A stretch of DNA of 36,343 bases from a virus: IMG/VR virus record IMGVR_UViG_3300046048_000769; one strand, given 5' to 3'. The position numbers and the translations under genes were made by a program. The notes below the pieces were generated by a model. That model did not search any database and was not told the origin of the DNA. It worked only from the letters and a program-made list of their open reading frames with translations. This document shows, piece after piece, positions 15,788 to 25,398 of this stretch (the first letter of the stretch is position 1; every line of letters starts with the position of its first letter).

Positions 15788-16416
15788 AACAAAGCCTGCT
15801 CGCGGTCAGTTTGCTCTGCGGCTTCTTTTTTCTTGGCGGCTTCATTCATGACTTCAGACAGAGGTTCGCCGTCCTCGAAGTTTTCTGGAATGTATGCCTC
15901 CGGGGCATCGTTGGTTTTGGTGACAGTGCCTCTTTTTCCGAAGAGATCAAGCATCTTCTTCAGCATTGTGGCAATATATCTTTCCGTTTTCGGATGGAGA
16001 TATGTCTCAGGATTGCGAAAGAAAACGCTCTTGCCCTGCATACAGGCTTCACAACCCAAAACAATTATCCCCGCCATATGGCGTAGGCCCATGTCGCCCA
16101 TATTCAAAACTTCAATCGACTTGGGCGGATCAGTGCGGTCTGCTGGATCGAATGCCTCCTGCCATAAATGACGAAACAATTCTCCCTTGCTTATCCACTC
16201 CCATTGCTTCTGTGTCATTTCCGACATACATCGGATCGTATCCTGGGGATCAACCTCGACAAACTCAGGAACTTCTACTTTGAGTCCCTGCTGATGAACA
16301 ATGACACAAAAATTGGTTGCGTTCTCGATCTCATGCTCAGTCTTAACCGGCTCGTCGTCAACGATGTGTGTGGTTACGATTTTGGTCATCCGACAACTCC
16401 CTGACAACGCGAACAA
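15637..16416 (-). CDS. hypothetical protein with an ABC/AAA_21-like 'E-x-x-LHP' signature
   Basis: FFRNPETYLHP resembles the D-loop/His switch region of RecF/SMC/AAA_21-type ATPases. No clear Walker A was found. Confidence 0.45.
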   Translation of the reverse strand: MFALSGSCRMTKIVTTHIVDDEPVKTEHEIENATNFCVIVHQQGLKVEVPEFVEVDPQDTIRCMSEMTQKQWEWISKGELFRHLWQEAFDPADRTDPPKSIEVLNMGDMGLRHMAGIIVLGCEACMQGKSVFFRNPETYLHPKTERYIATMLKKMLDLFGKRGTVTKTNDAPEAYIPENFEDGEPLSEVMNEAAKKKEAAEQTDREQALFWLQCMEPEKAIVQLNGERLTVGRITEEVNNNTDIGRWFIDQYVRLRDGS

Positions 16417-19235
16417 AGCTCTCTAGTCTCAACAGTTCGCTTCCAACAACGCTGACACTTAGCCTGACTGCTCAATACGATCTTGAATTGATCTCCCTGA
16501 ACGTCGAAAGTGGTCAACGCCTCCTGTTGAGTTGAAGGCTGATATTTGCTCACGCCGAACCAATCCTCAACACCAAAAAACGTCTTGCCGTTTGACTCAA
16601 CAAACACGTCCAATTTATCGCTGACTTTCTTGTCTTTTTTCAAGAGATCGAAGGCCACGTTAAACGAGTCCAGAGCTTCCTGCCAATAGTCAATATCGTC
16701 TGCCAAGACATGCGGGGTGGACGCAACAACCTGCAAAGGCTGATAAACGAGGTCAAAAATATCTGGCGATTTCGGCTGCAATCCAATCACATCCAACACA
16801 AACCAATAGGGACAATGACCCAAAACTTCTGCTGCTGTATAGGTAAACAATGGAGCGACCAACCCCAACATCGAACGCAGCAATTGAAACACCGTATACT
16901 GTGCGGAATTTCGTTCTTTTCGATTGCCGCAATAGAGACGGTCCTTAGCAGCACTCATCCAGATACCACTCAACTCGGCATGAATGAAATCATTCAGCAT
17001 GTGTGTGCCACGACAGAAGTCGTATTCGGCATACAAACGATGAATATCGCCAAAGACTTCGCTGGCTTTGCTCAGAATCCAAAAATCAATCGGCATCAGG
17101 TCTTCTTGCCGAACCGTGTCGTGAGCCTTTGTCCGCAAAGAAAGATTTCTTTCACTGTCCAAATTGGCAACTAAATAACGCAACGTATTTCGCAGCTTCC
17201 GATACCCCTCTGAGCAACGCTTGAGAATTGGATCGCTCAATCGCATTTCACGGGTGTAATCCGTCGTTGCCACCCAATAACGAAGAACCTCTGCTCCATA
17301 TTGCTTCAATACGGTTTCAGGTGATACGACGTTGCCTTTTGACTTCGCCATCTTTTCGCCCTTCTCATCCACCACGAATCCGTGGCTGATGATCTTCTTG
17401 AAGGGTGCCTCTTTGCTGATCGCCAGTCCAAGCCACAACGAACTCTGAAACCAGCCGCGATGTTGATCGCTACCTTCGCAGTACACGTCCGCAGGTCGTG
17501 TTGTGAGCGAATCAATGAAGCTCCAACTCAATCCGCTGTCGAACCAGACATCGAGGATGTCTTCAACCTTCTCGAAGTCATCTGGCTTGTACTTGTAGTG
17601 TTCCGGCAAAAAGCTCTCGACGGGAAGCTCCCACCAGCGTTCTGTATCATTGTGGATTTGAGCGGAAGTCGCCGCCAAAATATCCTCGAAGAACCATGCT
17701 CGCCCCGTCTTCTTGTGACGGAGAAAAGCAATCGGCACACCCCACGCTCGTTGACGACTGATACACCAGTCTTCGCGGTCCTTCACCATCGCCATCAAGC
17801 GGTTCTTCGCCACTTCTGGAACGAAGGTCGTATTCTCCACAGCATCAATTGCAGCGGGACGCAGCGGCTCCAGGTCTACATACCATTGATCCGTGGCACG
17901 AAAAATAACAGGCGTGCCCGAACGCCAACAATGAGGATAACTGTGAGTGATTTTCTCTTTCAGCAATAAGTTGCCATAATTCCTCAATGACTCGATGACA
18001 AATTCGTTGCCGAATTTCAGCACATGCTGACCGTCAATAATGCCACCGGGCATAGGCGTATGTTGACGGCCAAGGGCGACATAGACTTCTTGAGTCCAGT
18101 TGCCTCGCTCATCAACAGGTTGATACACCGGCAAATTGTGCTTCTGACCAACTTGGTAGTCGATAACACCGTGACCTGGGGCGATGTGTACGCAACCCGT
18201 ACCAGTGTGCATGTCTACAAAATCTTCGCAGATTACCGGCACGTTCATATTATGAGCGAGGGGCTTAACACATTGGGTTACTCCGTCCGCTAATTCGCTC
18301 CCCATGACAGTAGCAAACACATCCTTGGCGATGCCTTTTTCCACCATCGCATCAAAGCGTTTTTTTGCCATAAAAACCAACGGCAAAGGCAAGGCTCCAT
18401 GCGGGTGATTCAATACGTTGACTTCAACGGAACACCAACACGCGACATATTCTTCGTCAGGATGAATTGCGACAGCAGCGTTCGACGGCAATGTCCAGGG
18501 TGTAGTTGTCCAAACCAACAATGCAGCTTTAGATTCCCCGTTACGATATGCCGTCCACATATCATGCTCATCAGGAATGATCTTATTCCACAGGCTGGAG
18601 TCCAACTTGATCTCGAACGCCACGTAGACAGCATCGTCTTCCCTATCTTTGTATTCAATCTCGGCTTCGGCCAAAGCGGTCTGCTCGGCCCAGGACCAAT
18701 ACACAGGCTTCTGCCGTTGAAACAGCAAGTGATCCGCAGCCAGTTGACGCAGAGCGTCAAAGATACGCGACTCATTTTGGGGAGCCATCGTGGTATAGGG
18801 ATGATCCCAATCAGCGATGACGCCCAGGGTCTTAAACTCTTCGCGTTGAATATCAAGCTGCTGCTGTGCATACTCGCGGCACTTACGACGAGTGGTCACT
18901 CGATCATCGGATACATCGCGGGCCTTCTTCTCGATAGGCAGACCATGACAGTCCCAACCAGGGACAAATTCCACAGATTGACCGCTGAAGTAGTGCTGCT
19001 TGACAATGAAATCCTTGAGAATTTTGTTCATCGCGTGGCCGATATGAATCGACCCATTTGCATACGGAGGCCCATCATGCAAAACGAAATCAGGGTCATG
19101 GTGCCTCTGACGCCGCATTCTTCTGTATACGCCCCCGTTATTCCACAAAGCATAAACTTCCGGCTCACTGGCCGGAAGATTTGCCTTGATGGGCATATCA
19201 GTTTTGGGTAGTTTTAGTGTCTCTTTGAAACTCAT
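16386..19235 (-). CDS. ileS: isoleucyl-tRNA synthetase (bacterial type, Zn-binding C-terminus)
   Basis: HIGH (PPYANGSIHIGHAMN), KMSKS (KMAKSKGNV), the CP1 editing insertion, and C-terminal C-x2-C...C-x2-C (CQRCWKR...CSRCQ). 949 aa. GAGG SD. Confidence 0.9.
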   Translation of the reverse strand: MSFKETLKLPKTDMPIKANLPASEPEVYALWNNGGVYRRMRRQRHHDPDFVLHDGPPYANGSIHIGHAMNKILKDFIVKQHYFSGQSVEFVPGWDCHGLPIEKKARDVSDDRVTTRRKCREYAQQQLDIQREEFKTLGVIADWDHPYTTMAPQNESRIFDALRQLAADHLLFQRQKPVYWSWAEQTALAEAEIEYKDREDDAVYVAFEIKLDSSLWNKIIPDEHDMWTAYRNGESKAALLVWTTTPWTLPSNAAVAIHPDEEYVACWCSVEVNVLNHPHGALPLPLVFMAKKRFDAMVEKGIAKDVFATVMGSELADGVTQCVKPLAHNMNVPVICEDFVDMHTGTGCVHIAPGHGVIDYQVGQKHNLPVYQPVDERGNWTQEVYVALGRQHTPMPGGIIDGQHVLKFGNEFVIESLRNYGNLLLKEKITHSYPHCWRSGTPVIFRATDQWYVDLEPLRPAAIDAVENTTFVPEVAKNRLMAMVKDREDWCISRQRAWGVPIAFLRHKKTGRAWFFEDILAATSAQIHNDTERWWELPVESFLPEHYKYKPDDFEKVEDILDVWFDSGLSWSFIDSLTTRPADVYCEGSDQHRGWFQSSLWLGLAISKEAPFKKIISHGFVVDEKGEKMAKSKGNVVSPETVLKQYGAEVLRYWVATTDYTREMRLSDPILKRCSEGYRKLRNTLRYLVANLDSERNLSLRTKAHDTVRQEDLMPIDFWILSKASEVFGDIHRLYAEYDFCRGTHMLNDFIHAELSGIWMSAAKDRLYCGNRKERNSAQYTVFQLLRSMLGLVAPLFTYTAAEVLGHCPYWFVLDVIGLQPKSPDIFDLVYQPLQVVASTPHVLADDIDYWQEALDSFNVAFDLLKKDKKVSDKLDVFVESNGKTFFGVEDWFGVSKYQPSTQQEALTTFDVQGDQFKIVLSSQAKCQRCWKRTVETRELCSRCQGVVG

Positions 19236-19546
19236 TATCTCGCCTCAGCGAATCGCTCGCCGCGTTTTTGTTGCAGAAATTTTGCTGCTTGTCGCTTGGT
19301 TGGTTCTTTGCCGTCCAGCCATTCACAAAAAGATTTGTGCATGGGATGGCTGCTGTCGAGCAGTTTTATAGCGGTCACATAATATTCACAGGACTCACAA
19401 TGCGTCCGACCTTTGTCTTCAACACATCCTTGTGTTATTCCCCAACAACCACCGCAATACAAATGATCGTCCAAAGGCATCCAACACCAATCTGGTATTT
19501 GATACCCACTAGATGACAATAAATCATACAGCGGAGAAGTTGTCAT
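19235..19546 (-). CDS. Cys-rich small protein
   Basis: WCWMP...CGGCWG...C-x2-C motifs. Its start overlaps the ileS stop. Confidence 0.45.
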   Translation of the reverse strand: MTTSPLYDLLSSSGYQIPDWCWMPLDDHLYCGGCWGITQGCVEDKGRTHCESCEYYVTAIKLLDSSHPMHKSFCEWLDGKEPTKRQAAKFLQQKRGERFAEAR

Positions 19547-19818
19547 TTCTTCCGAATTACTTCCTGATCTTCGCTGTTGCTGAACTTGCGTAGGATGATT
19601 TCGTGTCCTTCCGAATTGTCCACAATCATTTGGGCAACTCTGCGTAGGCTGTCAACCCTCGCCGGATCAGCAGCAACCAAAGGCATGAAAGTTCCGCCGA
19701 TTGGGGCACCACACACGCCTTCATTCCCATCCTTGTCTTTACTGATAAAAACCCAAAGCTCGTCAATGCTTAGTAGGTGATTGGGAGAACCTACTACAAT
19801 TGGTTTTGGCTCGATCAT
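19543..19818 (-). CDS. hypothetical protein (91 aa) with N-proximal SIDELW
   Basis: ORF whose LSIDELWVF resembles the IDxxW core of the W-tag but sits N-terminally. Confidence 0.45.
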   Translation of the reverse strand: MIEPKPIVVGSPNHLLSIDELWVFISKDKDGNEGVCGAPIGGTFMPLVAADPARVDSLRRVAQMIVDNSEGHEIILRKFSNSEDQEVIRKK

Positions 19819-20264
19819 AATTTCAAAATCTCCGATGTTTTGACCGGGGTTGTTGGATCGTCATTTTGAATCGGACCTACGGGCTGCACCCCGTAACACG
19901 CCAAAACAGCGACGGCTACATGACCCGTGTTTTCCAAGTAGTCGATGAAGTTTCCTCCGTCTTCCCAATCCTCAAAAAAATACTCAGTGGAAAGATTCAC
20001 AATTCCTGTGAGATACAGGTTGCGATAGTTCCTTTTTCGTGGAGCCTCATTAACCCATCGAGACAACAATCGAAATTGATCTTTCATGGACAGAGTGTCG
20101 CCATCGCCGTCCCAAGAAATACTTCCGTCCTGCAACCCTGAGAGCAGCCCCTTCATATCAATTTCGACGGCACGCGGGTTTCGCGGGCCATCCACCCAAA
20201 AGTCGGCGTACCTCAACGAGTCGTCGAACTGGAGTTTTTTTCCGTTAAGAGTAAATTCAATCAT
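19815..20264 (-). CDS. hypothetical protein (149 aa)
   Basis: ORF that is translationally coupled to its neighbours. Confidence 0.5.
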   Translation of the reverse strand: MIEFTLNGKKLQFDDSLRYADFWVDGPRNPRAVEIDMKGLLSGLQDGSISWDGDGDTLSMKDQFRLLSRWVNEAPRKRNYRNLYLTGIVNLSTEYFFEDWEDGGNFIDYLENTGHVAVAVLACYGVQPVGPIQNDDPTTPVKTSEILKL

Positions 20265-21838
20265 TTCAAAGTCACCAATTCAACACTTCCTCCCGTCTTT
20301 CGAGACAGGTCGAAATTTTCGTCGATGAAGTCCATCACCAATTGCGGGTCGATCCGTCTGTTGAACACGATGTTCGGCCCGTGATTATCCAAATACACCA
20401 CAGCGATGCGATTATCTGGAGACAACCCCCGTGCAACTGGCGACGGGAGCAAAAACTCAGCCAAACCATTGGACGTATTTTGCCCACACTGATGGCTGCC
20501 ACACTCGTATTCTCGTTGCGAAACAACTGGAATTGCCTCGACGTTGCGGCCACCTTCTTTCAGCGGGCAATGGAAGTGAACAATACAGTCGAATTCAGGA
20601 TGCTCACTGAAGATGATACGCTGGCTCTGACCGCCAACACTCGGCTTCATCCCGTAGGCAATCACATCGTCTGGACCGTCTGTCTTGATTTTCACCAGAC
20701 CGTTTGACTCGATAGCGTTGAAGTTGGTCTTGCGAATTGAAGTCAAGAACAAATTGTCGGCGATCTTGCACGCAAAGTGCCCGGTGGTAACGCCACGGAA
20801 AGGCTTGTAGGCTCCCTTCTCGATACACCAGTTGACGACTGTCCTGAGACTCTCAGGAACCTCTGCGGAATCCCACGGGACTGCCTCGCCGCCAATAACC
20901 TTGGAACGAGTAAAAGCCCCCTGCGAACGATGCCACGCCATGTCAACGAGTTCTTCGAGAACCTCATCCCGTGTGTAACCCGAACCGCTGCAATAGCGAG
21001 CCTCTTCCGGCGTCACGATGATGTTGTTGCGGGTGACAGTATCGTTGGCCAAGACCAAGTTCACCGATGCCTCTTTGCAGAGGTTAAGGGCAGCGATGTA
21101 TTGTTCGTCCTCCGTCGCCCCGGTCGTTTCCTTAAATGCCACCACGAAAATATCTTTGCGATCCTTGCGGATATGACCAAGTAATTTCTCAGCCGGTTCC
21201 AGAGTTAAAGTCGTGACCCCTTCTCTGGTCGAGATACGTGGCTGATGTTTGCCTGATGGCCCGCCAGTGAAGGTGCCATTGAAATCACAAACGGCAGCAT
21301 TCATGAATATGATCTTGGTTTCCGGTCGAGTCGCCAAGTCTTCCAACAATGCCTTCAAATCCTCGTTGGTTTCAAACCAATTGCCTCCTACTTCACCACC
21401 AACAGCGAGCTTGGACAAATGAAGATTGACTTCCATTTTGTCAAAGCGATTCTTGGCCAGTTGAAACAAACGACGAGCCGTACCTCCATAGGCCGGGGCA
21501 CACAATGCCAAATGGCCTCGCACATGAGACACTGTGCCGCCGCCAATTACATGGACTTGTTTGGTAATCATCGAATCGCTTTCCTGTACAGAGCCTTGTA
21601 ACAACACAAGGCATGAGTGTAAGCGTCCTTCGGAATGCAACCTTCCGACCGTTTGAACGCTGTGATTTGTTGTTCGTAGAACATGAGAGCCATACGCAAA
21701 AAGAATCCGTGATCCACTTGGCGTAAGACTTGCAACCTTTCCAGGCCAACACGAAGTTGAGTGTGGCGACTCATGATCTTGCGAGTAACCTTTGGATTTT
21801 CCAAATTGATGAGGATACCGTTTAATGCAACTTCGCAC
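20261..21838 (-). CDS. fusion protein: N-terminal CoaB/DFP-like domain plus C-terminal class II aldolase/adducin-like domain; true start probably MITKQV at ~21574
   Basis: N-terminal VIGGGTVSHVRGHLALCAPAYGGTA ... IIFMNAAVCDF resembles the CoaB blocks (ITAGPT.E.ID.VR.I.N.SSG ... IFIGCAAVADY). C-terminal KIADNLFLTSIR ... GMKPSVGGQ ... IVHFHCP resembles class II aldolase G-x-S-x-R, P-S-x-E and H-x-H motifs. Confidence 0.55.
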   Translation of the reverse strand: MRSCIKRYPHQFGKSKGYSQDHESPHSTSCWPGKVASLTPSGSRILFAYGSHVLRTTNHSVQTVGRLHSEGRLHSCLVLLQGSVQESDSMITKQVHVIGGGTVSHVRGHLALCAPAYGGTARRLFQLAKNRFDKMEVNLHLSKLAVGGEVGGNWFETNEDLKALLEDLATRPETKIIFMNAAVCDFNGTFTGGPSGKHQPRISTREGVTTLTLEPAEKLLGHIRKDRKDIFVVAFKETTGATEDEQYIAALNLCKEASVNLVLANDTVTRNNIIVTPEEARYCSGSGYTRDEVLEELVDMAWHRSQGAFTRSKVIGGEAVPWDSAEVPESLRTVVNWCIEKGAYKPFRGVTTGHFACKIADNLFLTSIRKTNFNAIESNGLVKIKTDGPDDVIAYGMKPSVGGQSQRIIFSEHPEFDCIVHFHCPLKEGGRNVEAIPVVSQREYECGSHQCGQNTSNGLAEFLLPSPVARGLSPDNRIAVVYLDNHGPNIVFNRRIDPQLVMDFIDENFDLSRKTGGSVELVTLK

Positions 21839-21888
21839 GGTGCGGAGCCAATTGTTCCAGTGTCCAATTTGTGTTCGCGGTCAGTCAT
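21568..21888 (-). CDS. hypothetical protein (106 aa)
   Basis: ORF adjacent to the probable start of the fusion gene. Confidence 0.4.
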   Translation of the reverse strand: MTDREHKLDTGTIGSAPCEVALNGILINLENPKVTRKIMSRHTQLRVGLERLQVLRQVDHGFFLRMALMFYEQQITAFKRSEGCIPKDAYTHALCCYKALYRKAIR

Positions 21889-21889
21889 A

Positions 21890-22531
21890 TCATTCCAACG
21901 AGTAAACGGTGACGTTGCCTACTGGCACCCACAGTTCCTCAATGAGCGTCTCGATCACATCCCAAGAACCACCTGCTCGGTCGGACCCGAATTTGGGCAC
22001 ATGAAACTCGACGCCGTTAGGGAATCGACACACGCCGTTGGCCAATTTCTTCATACAGCAAGCCAATGCCCAATATCGAAGCGGAGTTAAATCGACATGC
22101 GTGCGGCCTCTCGCGGGCGTTGCAATTGTGCCTTGTTGAGCAATCATGTTGGCCACATAAATGTGACCATTCACAGTTTTTTCGTTCTCGAAATCAGGAG
22201 CTTGAACCGACACTAAGCCCAAATTGCCTAGCTCGAATGTTTGATTTTGACTGAAGCTCTGATGCCACCAATCACGATATTGCTTTTCGGCCTCTGGATA
22301 TTGGCGAGCGAGCGGGATCACGAAACCTGATCCCCAACCGCCAATATCGTTGCAGACATGAGCAATGACCTTGGTCTTGGGGCCAGTGGTCGGCATCAAC
22401 TCAAACAGGTTGCCGACCTTATATTCCAGGGTGTTGCCGTTGAAATGTTCTTCGTGAAATTTACTTAGTCCCATCGTCTTGGCCTTCGAGGTTACGTTGT
22501 TTTTCTTCGAGAACAAGTTGCAACATAGCAA
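21890..22531 (-). CDS. macro-domain protein (ADP-ribose binding/processing); likely start MGLSKF at ~22474
   Basis: KVIAHVCNDIGGWGSGFVIPLARQYPE (h-h-x-Vn-x-G-x-mG-x-G-h-a motif) and a C-terminal Gly-rich loop VPKFGSDRAGGSWDV typical of macro domains. Confidence 0.5.
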   Translation of the reverse strand: MLCCNLFSKKNNVTSKAKTMGLSKFHEEHFNGNTLEYKVGNLFELMPTTGPKTKVIAHVCNDIGGWGSGFVIPLARQYPEAEKQYRDWWHQSFSQNQTFELGNLGLVSVQAPDFENEKTVNGHIYVANMIAQQGTIATPARGRTHVDLTPLRYWALACCMKKLANGVCRFPNGVEFHVPKFGSDRAGGSWDVIETLIEELWVPVGNVTVYSLE

Positions 22532-22718
22532 TGTGCTGGCGAAGCCGGTCGATACTCCAACTCTGATATTCGTGGCCGCATGTGCAAGGAGTGTCCCAAC
22601 ATTTCGGGCAATCGCTCAACGCCATGTCATCACCTGTAAAAACGGGGGCATAGCAGCCAGATTGGTCCTCGCAGTCGAACTCGACTCCCGAAGGTCGGTG
22701 GCCAACTATTCGGCACAT
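22461..22718 (-). CDS. small Zn-finger protein
   Basis: CPKCWDTPCTCGH cluster. Confidence 0.4.
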   Translation of the reverse strand: MCRIVGHRPSGVEFDCEDQSGCYAPVFTGDDMALSDCPKCWDTPCTCGHEYQSWSIDRLRQHIAMLQLVLEEKQRNLEGQDDGTK

Positions 22719-22817
22719 TTCATTTTATACATGAAATGTCTTTCCTGGCTTTTAGCCATGCCCCCTAATTTTTCTTACCTGGATAGTACCCCGATGAAAG
22801 TCGGTTGTAAACCAACG

Positions 22818-22840
22818 AAAAAAGGCGGCAACTTGCCGCC
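22818..22840 (-). terminator. Rho-independent terminator after the 22847..23113 gene
   Basis: Stem GGCGGCA/TGCCGCC (22824-30 / 22834-40) with loop ACT. On the minus strand it is followed by TTTTTT (plus A-run 22818-22823), 7 nt past the stop. Confidence 0.6.
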
Positions 22841-22846
22841 TTTCGC

Positions 22847-23113
22847 TCACTCGGCTGCCTCTTTCGCAGCCTCGAACCAGCCTTCTGATTTCAAGCCTTT
22901 GCACTGGCTGCACGACCGTTCTGGAGGGAACAGATAGTCCTCTGGCAAAACCTCGGTCGGAACTCCGCAGTCCGAGCAGTAGAAATACATCGGTGATCCA
23001 GCGTGGAGGCCAGCATTGTCGATCTTTTCAAGTCGTTGAGCATATCGCTTTCGCCGAATAAATTGTTGAACGGCTTTTTCCTTCGCGTATTCACGGTCAT
23101 TCATTTGTGGCAC
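22847..23113 (-). CDS. Zn-ribbon protein (CSDCG ... CSQC)
   Basis: Two C-x2-C pairs ~20 aa apart, followed by a terminator. Confidence 0.5.
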   Translation of the reverse strand: MPQMNDREYAKEKAVQQFIRRKRYAQRLEKIDNAGLHAGSPMYFYCSDCGVPTEVLPEDYLFPPERSCSQCKGLKSEGWFEAAKEAAE

Positions 23114-23217
23114 TCACAATAATGTTCGATGAAGCCTGTAACTGAGCAAGCACCACAATATACACAGAAGTTCGTGCTGCCAACTCCTCAATGGGTGTTC
23201 GTTGGGTTTCGGTCAAA

Positions 23218-23658
23218 TTATTTTATCCTTCTGTATCGTTTGGGAAGTGCTTTTTTCTTGGCCGCTTTCTTAGGAGTTGCTTTCTTGGCGGGAACTTTCT
23301 TGGCTGTCTTTTCACGCGGAAGACTCATGATTTTTGTGGTGAAATCCATTGAGTGTGGATCGACATATTGACTGTCTATCAACTTCCAGCCGTGATCGCG
23401 GAAATGTTTGACCCAACTCTCTAAGTTTCCCATTCCCTCCCCGCACCTGAATGTCTTCATGCGACAAGTGATACAATCATCTAGCTCTCGAACGAATATC
23501 TCCTTTATTTCGTCCTTTTGATATTCGTGAGGATGCACAGACGATGGGCCTACATAGAGCGTCAATCCCTCCCAGGGCTGATAGAAGATTTCAGTTATCT
23601 TAATGAACCAATAGGTTTCATCAAAATAATCGAACCGCTTTATGAACTTACACTTCAT
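23218..23658 (-). CDS. protein with histone-H1-like Lys/Ala/Pro-rich C-terminal tail
   Basis: C-terminus KTAKKVPAKKATPKKAAKKKALPKRYRRIK. N-terminal globular part has C-x2-C. Confidence 0.5.
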   Translation of the reverse strand: MKCKFIKRFDYFDETYWFIKITEIFYQPWEGLTLYVGPSSVHPHEYQKDEIKEIFVRELDDCITCRMKTFRCGEGMGNLESWVKHFRDHGWKLIDSQYVDPHSMDFTTKIMSLPREKTAKKVPAKKATPKKAAKKKALPKRYRRIK

Positions 23659-24848
23659 GACATTCTCTCAAAGGAAAAGTTCCCTTCGACAGCCAGTTTT
23701 TGTTGCAGCCCATACATATCGAGCATTTCCTGCTTGCCGCGTCGATCCCTGATGTTCATGCCGCCATTGGCCAACTCCTTATCGCCAACCACCAACATAT
23801 ATGGGATTTTTTGCTCAGTTGCAAGTGCGATCTTATGTGGAAGAGTATTATTGGACCTGTCGATTTCAACACGAAAATGGCGACTGAGATATTCGTGATA
23901 ATACTCAACAGCTTGGTGGTGTCGATCAGCAATTGGCAGCAAAACCATTTGCACCGGAGCCAACCAGAATGGAAGTTCTCCTTGGTAGTGTTCCAACAAA
24001 ATGGCGATGAACCGCTCGAAGCTACCATAGAACGCCCGATGGATCACAATGGGCATCTGGTCCACGTCGTTGGAATCTGCATATTTCAGATTAAACCTCT
24101 GAGGCAGTTGAAAATCAAGTTGAATAGTAGCTGTTTGCCATTCTCTGTCCAAGGAGTCTTTGACCATAAAGTCGATCTTAGGTCCGTAGAAAGCCCCCTT
24201 GCCTTCGTCGATCTCAAACGACAGCGATCCCATGTTCAAGACAGACTTCAAAGCATCCTCAGCCTGATTCCAGGCTTTCGCTACTCCCATGAATTTCTCT
24301 GGTCTAGTTGACAGCACAGCACGAAGCGACATCCCGAACGCTCGATACACATCCCCCACCATTCCAACAAGCTCAAAGGCTTCTTTCGCAATGGCATCTG
24401 GCTCTGAAGGGATGAAGCAATGGGCGTCGTCCTGGCAAAAAGATCGACAGCGAGTCAGCCCGCCAATCGCACCAGACACTTCGTTACGATGCAACACGCC
24501 TTGATCGTGAATACGATATGGCAGGTCACGATAGCTCCACTGTTTGGCAGCGAAGATGGTCATGTGAGCAGGACAATTCATCGGCTTGAGGGCATACTCT
24601 TCATCGCCAATGATGAACATATTTTCTTTGTAATGATCCCAATGACCCGAAGTTTTGAACAACTCCGGCTTATAGAGAAGCGGAGTTCTGACCTCGACGT
24701 ACCCATTTTTCAGATTGTATTGCCTGATTTTTTCGCTGAGGAGCGAATAGACCGTGTTTCCGTGCGGCAACCAAATAGGGCAGCCCGGCGAAACCGGACT
24801 GAACATAAACAAATCAAGCTGCTGTCCAATTTCTCTGTGATCTTTCAT
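23655..24848 (-). CDS. thrS: threonyl-tRNA synthetase, catalytic plus anticodon-binding domains only (no N-terminal TGS/editing domains)
   Basis: Starts DHREIGQQLDLF (equivalent to ~residue 240 of bacterial ThrRS), has class II motifs 1-3 (FRAE-like HRNEVSG..., GSFERF) and a C-terminal anticodon-binding domain. 397 aa versus ~640 aa for full-length enzymes. Confidence 0.85.
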   Translation of the reverse strand: MKDHREIGQQLDLFMFSPVSPGCPIWLPHGNTVYSLLSEKIRQYNLKNGYVEVRTPLLYKPELFKTSGHWDHYKENMFIIGDEEYALKPMNCPAHMTIFAAKQWSYRDLPYRIHDQGVLHRNEVSGAIGGLTRCRSFCQDDAHCFIPSEPDAIAKEAFELVGMVGDVYRAFGMSLRAVLSTRPEKFMGVAKAWNQAEDALKSVLNMGSLSFEIDEGKGAFYGPKIDFMVKDSLDREWQTATIQLDFQLPQRFNLKYADSNDVDQMPIVIHRAFYGSFERFIAILLEHYQGELPFWLAPVQMVLLPIADRHHQAVEYYHEYLSRHFRVEIDRSNNTLPHKIALATEQKIPYMLVVGDKELANGGMNIRDRRGKQEMLDMYGLQQKLAVEGNFSFERMS

Positions 24849-24918
24849 GATTCATTCACTTTGGATTTTCAGTCTTACAAGACACTACATGGTACTAGAA
24901 AGTTCTAGGTTTGTACAT

Positions 24919-25398
24919 TCATCTTTTAGGTGTGCTGTAAATGTTCGGCGAATCCGGCCAATGATGAAATATTTGATCTGCAATGTACATTCCAGAGTTA
25001 AAACCCTTCAGGTATTCAGGGTTTCCAGAACTTGGCCCTTGGATTCTTGTAGAATTCACTCCTGCCAAAACCAACAATTCATCCATTCCTGTGTTGTTCC
25101 CATCTGGCAAACATTCAAAACCTTCAACAAATCCGTACAACCATTGTCTGGAGTTTCCAGGCCATTCGCCGAAGGCTTCCCAATAAGCGTGTCCAGCAGA
25201 AGCATAGTGTTCATTGCTTCCCATGCCGACACTTCGGGAAGGAATTTTGGCCAAACGCAAATAGGCTTCTTTTACAGATTCAAGAAGCTCTTCGTCTGTA
25301 AAGTCGTAGTGACCATCAATCGTCCGGCGTCTCTTGTGCATCCAACCATTCCTTGACAATATCACCGTGACAATCCAGCGGTTTGCAAAAGCAGCCAA
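24919..25398 (-). CDS. hypothetical protein
   Basis: ORF whose start probably lies at the internal MHKRRR. Confidence 0.4.
   Translation of the reverse strand: MAAFANRWIVTVILSRNGWMHKRRRTIDGHYDFTDEELLESVKEAYLRLAKIPSRSVGMGSNEHYASAGHAYWEAFGEWPGNSRQWLYGFVEGFECLPDGNNTGMDELLVLAGVNSTRIQGPSSGNPEYLKGFNSGMYIADQIFHHWPDSPNIYSTPKR

Noticed and set aside
16710-19211. Plus-strand ORFs 16710..17174, 17382..17969 and 18399..19211 inside ileS
   Set aside because: Shadow ORFs on the antisense strand of a well-supported 949-aa IleRS gene.
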